NCBI GenBank assembly: GCA_012295275.1
Contig: CM022670.1
Coordinates: 38,254,001-38,318,000 of the forward strand
Direction of reading: 5' to 3'
Origin: Chrysomallon squamiferum
Taxonomy: Eukaryota > Animalia > Mollusca
Length of the DNA: 64,000 nucleotides
The position numbers were made by a program, and so were the translations under genes. Under the pieces are notes generated by a model. That model worked only from the letters and a program-made list of their open reading frames with translations, had not been told where the DNA came from and made no database searches. Below, in pieces: positions 53,776 to 64,000 of the stretch. Each line of letters begins with the position of its first letter. Position 1 is the stretch's first letter.

Positions 53776-54014
53776 TCCAAAAAATGAATTATCTGTGGAT
53801 GAAAGAAAATAAATCAGTTAAATATTTATTTTTTAGCCCTCCAAAAAAAGCGAATAATAACAGTAATGAATAAACAAATAAATTAGTTAGCACGTTAACA
53901 ACAACAACAACGATATACTTATTTCAGCCACTCCAACAACCTAATAAAAATGAATAAATAAATAAATTATTTAATACAACAACAACAACGACGACGACAA
54001 CGAAAACAACAACG

Positions 54015-54046
<32 letters not shown>

Positions 54047-54688
54047 GGGAGACGTTTCCAAAGTACACTGTAATTGCAGATCACTGCAAACAACACCATT
54101 GTTATTACAAAATTGTAGTATTTCATAGAAGAGTAGTTTGTATAGTTAATTTGTTTTTAATGCTTAAAATTCAGTTGGCTAATTTTAGCATCCTTCAGAA
54201 AAACCACTTGCTTATGCTCTGTGCTCCAGCGTAACTTCATATGAAATCAAATCTGTGATCCTTGTACGGTAGTACTTGAATTTGAACGAGGTATAAAACA
54301 TGCTTTCCTTTCTATATTCGGTATGAACATTCACTTTAGTTTCCGTTCATCTGCCCCAGCCCGCATGGCAATATATTCAGTCTTTGGTTCTGGATAATAT
54401 ATATGAAACTGATGATGTTATGGATGTGAACAAAACGTCCTCTTTTTAAAAAAGGTCTTTTGCAGTTGATTTGTGATTGATTCATTATTATTATTATTAT
54501 TATTATTATTTCATTATTATTATTATCATCATCATCATCATCATCATCATAATCATCATCATCATTATTATTATTAAATATCTCTGTAATTATAAAAAAT
54601 AAAAATAATAAAAAAGCAAAAAAACCAAGTCTGATAAATCAAGGTTTGTGATGCTATCAAATTTATTTTCACAGTTGAGTTAACATAC

Positions 54689-54716
54689 CTTTGTCTCGTT
54701 ACGTCGAATGGCGAAT
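54689..54716 (-). other. Candidate proximal non-coding first exon of the zinc-finger gene
   Basis: Donor AAG|GTATGT at 54688; Inr-like TCATTC at about 54713-54718; CpG-containing; lies downstream of a long GA/CT tract. Confidence 0.5.
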
Positions 54717-54804
54717 GAGTAGAGAAGTATAACAGATTATACAAGTTGAAATTTCAAAAATATTTCCTTCGTATATTTGTTTCAATATAGTTTACTTTTT
54801 TAGC

Positions 54805-54807
<3 letters not shown>

Positions 54808-54879
<72 letters not shown>
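54808..54879. repeat. (AG)n microsatellite, about 36 units
   Basis: Perfect dinucleotide run read directly. Confidence 0.98.
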
Positions 54880-54881
<2 letters not shown>

Positions 54882-55442
54882 AAACGAAATTACTAGACTA
54901 CAAGCCATTCAGCTTGAATTATTTTGTTCCAGTAAACGTACGTTCGTTAAACCGGTATATTTTATGTCAAGACTGTAATTAGATAGCTTGGGAACTAACT
55001 ATCAGAGGATGACTTGAAATACATACAAACGTAGTCTCTGGCTATCTAGCATTTTAAATAAAAAACAGATTTTAACATTTACTTAGTCTACGAATGTTGT
55101 TTTAGTTATATAAATAGATAACCTGTAAGTTTGATCTGTATACAAGCGTGTTTGAGAGCCCTTTAAATATTCCTGTAAGTGAGAATTATATATATATATA
55201 TATATATATATTTCGAATCTTTTGCAATGTCTCTAAAAATTCACATGCATTAATATTTCTTTTCATCTTAAACCTTTGTGATGATGATGATGATAATATT
55301 AATAATAATAAAAATAATAATAATATTAAAATTAATAATAAAAGTCAAGTAAGTCTAATTTTGTGTGTGTATGTTAATGTGTGTATACACATACATACAC
55401 ATTCACTTAGATACACGTATGCAAGTATATATAACAACTTAC

Positions 55443-55500
55443 CTATTATCCTTCTCGAAACGAAATTGTGTTTTGACTATCGTAAAGTTAGACTACAGTT
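55443..55500 (-). other. Candidate distal non-coding first exon of the zinc-finger gene (5' end approximate)
   Basis: Consensus donor TAG|GTAAGT at 55442, CpG-containing exon body, immediately downstream of the X-box cluster. Confidence 0.5.
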
Positions 55501-55559
55501 TATATTGCCTAACATAACAGAAGAAGGACAAAAAAATAAAAATTAATAATAATAATAAT

Positions 55560-55720
55560 TTTGCTATGACAACTGTAACAAAAATACTGTTGCTAATGCT
55601 GACGAGCTTGATAACGCCAGGCAGTAACTGGTTGTCATGGCTACCATCGTCAGAGGTACCCTACTTTTCATGCGTGCGTTTCTATAGTAACCTCGTTACG
55701 ATATCGATCGATGTAAACAA
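55560..55720. promoter_or_regulatory. Promoter-like CpG-rich segment with clustered RFX X-box-like sites, a DRE-like palindrome and a forkhead site
   Basis: TTTGCTATGACAAC (55560-55573), GTTGTCATGGCTAC (55631-55644) and GTTTCTATAGTAAC (55678-55691) resemble the X-box GTTGCCATGGCAAC; TATCGATCGAT at 55702-55712; GTAAACAA at 55713-55720. Confidence 0.6.
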
Positions 55721-58499
55721 GCTAATGTCTTCTTTTAAATCACTGTTAACAGAAGAGAGAAAAAACAGAGATAATTTATAAAAATTGTGTTCTGCAATAT
55801 AATAATTTCTGCATGAATATTGTTAACAACGACGTAATATTTAGTAACGACGACGACGGCGTTATTAACAGTATACGGTTGCAATTATAATGGCAATTAA
55901 TATGACCTGGAAATTTCTGTCCATAACCTGATGGAAGGTTCTCGAATTATCTACCGATAATGGCTATAATAGAAAACTGACTTGGATACACCACAACAAA
56001 ACAGCTCGACTTCAAACCAGTTTGTTAACAACACAGCTCTAATAAACATTCTAGCTCAGACAGCCATGACGTCTACAGCCTTGTACCAATGACTGACTTG
56101 CTGGAAACTTCCATGAATGTATTATCACTAATTAAACAGCGTTAATTATTACCATGGCATCTTCTGAAGTATTTATTAAAGTTAATTATTTTGAAAGCAA
56201 CAAGGTTTCCATATCACTCACACACACACACACACGCACGCACGCATGCATGCATGTTGCATTCCTTTATTCAAAGCATTGGCTATTTTGGACACCCTCC
56301 CTTTTCTGTGTTTCAGTTCTGCAGCAGTATTTGTCAGTGGAAATGACAGTAATAATTATTTTGTATGTAATTATATCACATATTTTCTTCTCCATTTTTC
56401 AAATCATACTTTATTCATTTTTATTTTCTGTAATTCAGTGATTAGACTGCAGACATGGGACAATGTAGATCTTAGGATTGACCTTGTTTAGTGCATAATG
56501 ATAGTAATCCATGATAATTAGAAAAATAATAATAATATTTTTTGTTATATATATATATTATAATGTAATAATCTTTTGATAAGTACACATAAGAATTTAT
56601 AAAGGGTTAAAATGATAATCAGGCATTTATATGATAACTTTTATCCTAGGTTTTGTAATAAATAAAATAAATGTTGTTTTATTAAATAGCAGAATCTTTA
56701 TAAATAAATTGAGTTTTTATTTTACTTTCATTGTCAACATCCAACAATGTAGACATTTTGATTGAACTGACTGGAAATTATGTTTTTAATTACTCATAAA
56801 ACAACAACAACAATAATATTATTATTAATTAATTAATTGATTATGAGCATGAAAAATAAAAATAAATAAACTTACCAGATTGTTAAATCAGTTAACTTTA
56901 TTTTAGAAACAAAACAACATTGGATAAAAACATAAATACAGATCTCAGTAATTTGCCCATCTTTTTATTAATGTTTTAATTTGCATAGGTCCATGAAATT
57001 AAAACATTTTTGGATAAAAATAATGAACAAACAAACGTAACATTAAAAATATGCATTGTGTCAGTTTACAAGTGATAATTTGTTCAATAACAGAAAATAT
57101 GCCTTCTGTGATTTGGAAATAAAATTTTATTTAAAAAAAAAAAAGAAGAAAAGAGAATTAGAAAAAGTCTATAGTGTTTATTATACAACCTTTAGTTTAT
57201 TATAATGTAAAAATGTATATATTTTGAAGTATTTAAGCTTCTTTAGAATTTTCATTTAAGAAAAACATTTCTTTCTTAAGCCTTGATTTGAAAGTAGCAA
57301 CACAAATTGAAAGCATTATATATAAAATAGATTATTCTTTTTTATTTTTTAAAAATAAGTTTATCATTTTAAAAAAAGTATTTATAATGCTGTTTTTGTA
57401 ATGTAACATAATTTTTAAATTATTTTTTATAATTTTATATATATATATATACATACGTATGTTTGAAATATTTAATTTTTTAAATTTTTTTGACATTATA
57501 AAATTATTAAGAAAAAATAGTTAATAGATATAAATATAGAAAACAAAAAATAATGTTGTCTATTTTTTTGTTTTATAGGTGCTGTAAAGAAATACAGTAA
57601 CAAGATATTATATAATGAAGCAAATAAAATAAATAACAATTTTTAAAAATAAAAATCCTTTACCATGTATGTTTAGTTTAGTTTATAGGTATGGCTGCAA
57701 TATGTGAATATAATAATTCAGCTACCAATATATACAGTATTATTCAATGTACCAAAATTATGTAACACTTTCCTAAACAAACAGTATTAATAAGATACAT
57801 ATCCACTGAAAATATGCAACGTAATACCATGAAAATATAATTAATACTTTTCTTCCAATTACATTTTTTTATCATTATATCCTTATCTTTACAATTATTT
57901 CTGCCATTACTAAATAAATAACAGAAATGCATTGCTAAAATTTTAACCATAAAACCCTATTGAATTATTAAATATTGAAATTCATGTTAAAGGGACATTT
58001 AAAAAAATTTAAATTCATTAAGTATAATATCACTTTTTTCCAGTAACTAGTATTTTCTTTTAACAAGTGTCTTATTCTCTTTTACAGACTAAATATTTTA
58101 CTGCAGACTAATAAACAGCTATGCTTGTTCACAGGTACGGCATATTTCTGGGAGATAACTTTCTGTTATTACTGCCTGCTAGTTAGTAACAGTTACCCAT
58201 GGCAAGTAGACTGCTGCTATTTAGAACTGATGTCCAACACAAGAACTAAGGTAAGCCAATCAGAGTTTTTTTGGGGTTTTTTTAAAATTATTTTCATATT
58301 AATAATAATTTTAAAATGTTTTAACCTTTAGTGATTATTCAAATTTGTTATAACATTCTCTGTACATCTACAGCCTTCTTCTTCTGATTACTTACAAAAC
58401 TGACCATAAAACTGTTCTTATCATTAAAAAAAAAATAATAATAATAAAAAAAAAAAATTAAAGTAATTTTGTCCAATAAATAAACCAACAAAAACAATC

Positions 58500-59572
58500 A
58501 AAATACCATAAAAAGTTTATTATTTGTCAGAAATCAGTTATCCATTTCCATCAGATTCTTAAAATCCTTTAAACAACCATAATACATTTGTCCATTTACA
58601 TTTATATAAAAACATCATGAAATGCCGTAACTAAAGACTTACTGTCAATGTAGATATGGAAAATATGTACCATAATTAAACATCAATTAGGAAATAAACT
58701 GATTTTATCTGTGCTTGTGGATTTAATACTGCTAAAAGGCTTTTAAAACTGAATGTGTTAGCACAAGCTGTTAAATGTAAATATTTAGCTGTGTGAAATC
58801 CACATAACCTAGCAAAGAAAATGAAATCTCAGTACTTTTATCTCCGTGACAAAAATGTATTCAGTGTTTTCAACATATACAGCAATAAGATAAAAAAAAA
58901 AAAGGTAAAAAGGGTGAAAAGGCAAAAAGGCCCATTTTTAAAATGAGGATAATCTTCAAGTGCCAACAAAAACAGGCTGTGTATATATATATATATTCAA
59001 ATGCAGAACTTCTGTTTTCCATAGTTCATTAATACATAAACATTTGGTAGCCAGTAAATGTGATTTAATATCAGGGTTATTTTAAACATGACAAGAAAAT
59101 TGAATAACATTCTGTAAATGTGCTGAACCCTTCAACCTTAAAACAGCAAAATAAAATATGGGTTGACATTATGAAACTGACACATGCAAATGGTCACAGA
59201 TTAGATTGTTGGTTACTTGAAGTGAGTTAGTGCAAAGTTCTCTGTTCTTACAGGTCATCGAATTTCTCTGCACGTAAACCTGTCTTATTAAACCAGAAAT
59301 GAAAATTAGAGATGTTTCTTTTTTTTTTTTTTTCATATCAACAAATCAACTGGGTAGCCTGTCAGAACTGTAGATTTTGCATAAGTCAAGTTAGAATAAC
59401 ATTTTCTCAAATGTCGTGTACATATAAATGTTAACAGGCCTGAACTAAAAAGGTTAATGAACTCCAGTGTTTGAGATATGAAAATATTTTATTTTATAAT
59501 ATTTCGGTATCTATGGATGGCTTTAGCTTGGTTACAATGATGTATCTGAATAGAACCAGCTGCTTGCTGCAG
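58500..59572 (-). other. Probable Rae1 3' UTR with candidate polyadenylation signals
   Basis: Unique AU-rich sequence after the stop codon; AATAAA on the minus strand at 59488-59493 and 58516-58521. The true end cannot be determined from sequence. Confidence 0.45.
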
Positions 59573-59665
59573 TTATGTTCTTTTTGTGCTGGGTTTTAAC
59601 TCGTCAAAGCAGGATCGGAGGAAAATATGTGGCTTCATCTTCTGGGGATCATACCCTTCGTGACC
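59573..59665 (-). CDS. Rae1: Rae1 terminal coding exon: GHEGYDPQKMKPHIFLRSCFDELKPSTKRT*
   Basis: 93 bp including TAA; acceptor ttttatttcag. In frame with the preceding exon (YDWSK|GHE) and similar to the Rae1 C-terminus [25 protein letters not shown]. Confidence 0.96.
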   Translation of the reverse strand, partial: GHEGYDPQKMKPHIFLRSCFDELKPSTKRT

Positions 59666-60935
59666 CTGAAATAAAACAAAACAGTTTGTGAAAAGAGAGC
59701 CAGAAGTGATAAATACATAAAACGAACCTATAACAAAACATTTTTGTGAAATGAACACCAATCTTTGACAATATCTGTCAATAAAATAAACGATGCAAAC
59801 AAACAGATATTTGTACATGAAAATGTAAACATTTTTTTCCAAAGTTAGCATATATAACAACTGTGCAATGACTTACTCTGACTTTAAAGGTTTTTTTTTA
59901 TCATAATATATAAATCAATAACATTAACGAACATTCTAACACTATGTTTAAGGAGTGGTTGTTGTCTTCTGTTGCCCATGGTATTGGTCTATTTGAAGAA
60001 AGCAGATTATGTTACCATGGATTGTTACAGATAAGACTGGATGTTATGATAAATATCTCCTAGACAACAAAAACAGGTCTAAGGCTATAACACAAACTAT
60101 GATGTGAAATAACAGAAAAAAAGAATATTCTGGATGAACAGACATCAATAAATTTTTATCCATTTTAACAAAAACAGGAATATTTGAAATACTGTTTAAA
60201 TATTTACTTTGTAAAACAAAATAATTAATTAATAATTAAGAAAAATATAAAATATTCAACATAATAGTAGCAATACCAGATTTTTTCATTTCTGCCCTTT
60301 TAAAATGAATCTGAATGTTATACGTATTATTAAAATTGTGTGTTAACATTCTGTTTTAAGGATGTGGACATTTAGCACAAAACCCCTGAACTTTTAAGAG
60401 TGCTCATCCATCAAAATATGTTTACAAATACAATAACAAGCATTCATACATGGAATACTTCTTCTAATGTTAGCTTAAAATGTTGGCCTCGTTTTCATGG
60501 ATTTTTAACAGTATTTTATAACAATTATTGTGGTTAATAAAACATTTAAAAAAAAATAAAAAAAATATTTTTATTTGTTTGAACATGTCAAATTGGTAAC
60601 ACATGTTTTTTTATTCCAAATCATAATTTATTGACCACTATTTTTATATATATATATAGATGAAGTATTTATCAGAAATCAGCTATCACTTCCTCAAAAC
60701 AATAGCAACAAACTGCATAGTCTTCAAGTTAACTTCCATGTCAAAAATAACGTATTCTCCTAATTTTATTTCTGAACAGTTATCTGTTTAGCAGTGATGT
60801 ATGCTTAACAACAAGAAATATAAATAAAGTAAAGTATTTTGGTCACTGATTATATTAAAGCAACATAACTTAACTGCAGTATGCAGTGGATTCAATATTA
60901 TTACCAAAAACTACTGAACATATTATTTATTTCAC

Positions 60936-61130
60936 CTTTGACCAGTCATAACTGGAGGCATAAGCAAAGATGTTTCCTTGTGCATTGAAGTTGCAAGCAG
61001 TGATGGGCTGATCAAACTGCTCTGATGTTTTTAGCTTTGTGCGAGCATCTTTATCCCAGAAGCTGAATCTGCCATCAGAGCCAACGGTTGATAAGGTTCC
61101 ATGTACAGGATGAAAAGAGATGTCATTGAC
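60936..61130 (-). CDS. Rae1: Rae1 coding exon: [65 protein letters not shown]
   Basis: 195 bp, 65 codons; acceptor gtctttcag, donor AAG|GTGAAA. The [18 protein letters not shown] and [11 protein letters not shown] motifs are Rae1-type. Not in the ORF track because it has no start codon. Confidence 0.98.
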
Positions 61131-61962
61131 CTGAAAGACAACAAATTAAATTAAAGTAATCCATGGAATACAAATGCGTTCATGGACACACCACACACCA
61201 AACTGTATCATGTGTGAATTTCTAAATCAATAATTTAATTTTAGCCATTTGATATGACCTGCATTTATGCTAAAATAAAGTTTTGTTATAGGTGTGTACA
61301 CAAACATATACATACAACACATATTTTAACTTTGAATAACTGTAAGATGTAATAAGCATTGGCAGTAATCATTAAAATCATTTGAATGTTACAACTGAAA
61401 GTAAACATGAAACCTCTTGAAATTATTAAGTATTGCACATCTTCCCATTACTAATTTCTAAAATGCAACATACAATTCACAGAAGACAGACATCATCGAA
61501 AAAAGTTAATTGCTAGAAAATCTCATGAAGAAGATGGAGCAGGCCAGTGATATTTTATATTGAATATTTTTCTTAAAGTGGTTTTTTAAACCCATTGTTT
61601 AGGTCTAAAATCATTCATATTATATTGTTTTATTAAAATTCAAAAATGTGTTCCATTTATATTTTTATTTTGCATAACAAGTTCAATTTGTAAATACATT
61701 CAAATTTGTATGCTGTATTAAAACAATTCCAAAATGTTTCTCAACTAATTAATAATAAAGATTTACCAACATAATTTTTATCAACATATATGTGTAACAA
61801 TACAAGTAAAAATACAAATAAATATATGTTTACTTCAGTCTTCGCTACAGGAAAAAAAAAAGAGAAAACAATTTATGTTCATTTATAAATATAAAAACAA
61901 CATAAATTATTAACAAGGAAAACCATAATATGAATTTATCCATGTACCATAATAATACTTAC

Positions 61963-62142
61963 TGCATAAATATCTTGCATTCCACTGGGCGTTCCATTAG
62001 ACCTGTGACATTTAAAAGTGAAGTTATCTTTTGGATTTGTTGGATTTACGTAATGAATGGCTACCCTCCCTTCAATACTTCCAAGAGCAAAACCTGTTGG
62101 CATGTTAGTTTTCTTGTCTAAGAAAATACTCACACATCGATG
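61963..62142 (-). CDS. Rae1: Rae1 coding exon: [60 protein letters not shown]
   Basis: 180 bp, 60 codons; acceptor cttttcag, donor GCA|GTAAGT. Contains the diagnostic [15 protein letters not shown] and [10 protein letters not shown] motifs of the Rae1/Bub3 WD40 family, with Rae1-type residues. Confidence 0.98.
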
Positions 62143-62855
62143 CTGAAAAGAGATAAAAACACTAAATAATGAAAAGATAATGTAACCAGAATTCAAGCCT
62201 TTCTGACCAGATCATGTCATAGTAACACAATGGAATCATATACAAAAGCATGAAATCTGAAGCACATCCATTAAGTAGGTTTGTTTGAATAACGTTTTAA
62301 ATTTCCAATGTCATATCTTACAAAAAGGCAGTGTATGCTTTTGGACATATAACACCAATAACTATAAAAACTTTGAGCAGAAAAATATATGAAAAGGAAT
62401 GAATTCTAAGAAACACACCTTTGATTTAATATACTAACAAAGGTGAAGAAGTGTCTGTTCTTGTTGTTATTAGTAAAGAGCAAATGGTTCAAAATTATAC
62501 AAATACTGAAATATCAACTATAAATTATAATATCAAATATTTCAAACAACATACAGGTTTTTGGGTGTTTTTTTTTATATTACAGTTAAACATGTTTAGT
62601 TCTCAGAATACTTTGGCACTTCCCAAAACTGAAAGTGTGTATAAAAAGTAAGGAGAGGTGCCACTTGTTTGCTGGTAGAAGAATTTAAAAAAATGTAATA
62701 ATGAGTAATGTACGGCTGCCATCTGTTCATCCAATGAGTACTGATATAACTATGACATACAAAAAAAAAGACTGGAACTTTCTACAGAATATTTTTTAAT
62801 GCATACATCCAAATACCATTACCTACAAGATTCTTGTGCAATAAAAACTACTGAC

Positions 62856-62963
62856 CTGATATTTAAGTGGTGATTCGGTTCTTTTGAATTCCTGTGGCTG
62901 GTTTTCTAGCTGATAAATAATCAAACCTCTGCCAGCTGTACCCACCACAGCCATAGGATATTT
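62856..62963 (-). CDS. Rae1: Rae1 (mRNA export factor, Gle2 homolog) internal coding exon: [36 protein letters not shown]
   Basis: Manual translation: 108 bp, 36 codons; acceptor ttttaag, donor CAG|GTCAG. Matches the remembered metazoan Rae1 segment [35 protein letters not shown]. Upstream exons are not in the window. Confidence 0.96.
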
Positions 62964-63417
62964 CTTAAAAATTAAAAAAAAACAAATTAAATTTAAAAAA
63001 AATGTTTTAAATTAAATGTTATTAAAATTTACAGTAATAAAAATTATTGAAATTATAAAGATAAATAGTCAGACAATTAGTAAATGAATTCAGTTACATT
63101 TTCTTAACCAAATAAGATGATTGTAAAGGTATGATTAATAAACATGTACTGAAGACAAGCACATATTTCTGTGTTTGTGATGATGTTGACAGCTAGTTAA
63201 CATTTTCTTTTAACCACTTGGGCCTGTGTCACTCAGCATGTGAGTGATGACACAGTTTGACTCCAGCGAGTCAGTGCTCATGAGTCTGAATTCATGATGT
63301 ACCAAAACAACCAGTGCATTCATTGCATGTTATTTACACAGTTAAACCCAAAAGAGCATAGACATGAGATTCACTTACTCAAACAAAAAATCAATATTTA
63401 TTAAAATAACTATGCAG

Positions 63418-63873
63418 GTGATGTCATAATCAGTAGTTCTCAACAGTGTGGTAAACTTTAAGGCACTGTAGGCACAATGGTTAGATGAGGACTGCACTCT
63501 GCCAAGGATTTTGCAGAGAGGTCTGCGTAATTTTACTGTCATCCAGTAGCGTTTCACACAATTCATGGCGACTGATGACTTGGTGAGTTGGTCTGATAAA
63601 TCCACTGTTTCCATCAGCTGTAGTCCAACAGAAGTGTGGGCTCTGTTACCAGATCACTATTCTATTTTTGTTTTATCAGATGGAATCTGCACACTGGCAT
63701 GCATGGTGGTCAGTGATCAGACATGTATCTTGTCTTACTATGATGTCAATGGCCAAGAACTACCCATGTAATGAATGTACTGGGCTAACTGTGACAGTGG
63801 AATGTCAGAATCATCACATGATGATGATGAAGATGAACCTCCAAAACATTTGTTAGACTCCTTGACCAAGTAA
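63418..63873 (+). pseudogene. Possible decayed coding fragment antisense within a Rae1 intron
   Basis: GC-richer 456-bp block after tatgcag|; one frame of 151 codons has 5 internal stops and includes ORF 63565..63771. No family recognised. Confidence 0.25.
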
Positions 63874-64000
63874 TGGAAATAATTGTTAGATTCCCCCGAT
63901 GATTATAATAAATAGAATTCCAAAATCACATTGAATTTTGGCAGAGTAATTTAGAAGATTTTTTTTTTTTTCAAGTCTTTATATGCAGGCCCCCAAAAAA

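Noticed and set aside
50961-53812. Plus-strand and alternate-frame ORFs overlapping the zinc-finger CDS
   Set aside because: Expected shadow ORFs of a GC-richer coding exon.
59573-62963. Alternative identification as Bub3
   Set aside because: [23 protein letters not shown] and YDWSKGHE are Rae1-type; Bub3 has YAFKCHR and WDGFNKKRL-type motifs instead.
63375-63614. Minus-strand 79-aa ORF with a GTAAGT donor at 63378 as the next upstream Rae1 exon
   Set aside because: No similarity to the expected WDKTLKFWD...LPERCYCADV segment; the real exon must lie beyond 64000.

Overview
This is eukaryotic (animal) genomic DNA: very AT-rich and dense in microsatellites, homopolymers and degenerate minisatellites. 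The repeat landscape looks mollusc/gastropod-like, which is an unverified inference. Two protein-coding genes are well supported, both on the minus strand. (1) The last four coding exons of Rae1 (mRNA export factor, WD40; 59573-62963), with exact phase-0 GT-AG introns; its 5' part lies beyond the window end. (2) A 1044-aa uncharacterised multi-C2H2/C2HC zinc-finger protein encoded by one 3.1-kb exon (50641-53775), with two candidate non-coding first exons, one directly downstream of a cluster of RFX X-box-like sites plus a forkhead site. Positions 1-48000 contain no credible coding ORF. They hold many decayed copies of one interspersed (SINE-like) repeat, at least ten minisatellite or tandem arrays, CpG-retaining islands with CRE and nuclear-receptor motifs, and a series of minus-strand non-coding exon candidates that may be the long 5' region of a gene whose CDS lies left of the window. 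I found no CRISPR, rRNA, intact tRNA or intact transposase, and no clearly new multi-gene system. The best leads are the RFX/Fox-associated zinc-finger gene, an inverted-repeat pair downstream of it, a decayed ORF-like stretch antisense in a Rae1 intron, and tandemly amplified splice donors. Nearly all other ORF-track entries are low-complexity artefacts.
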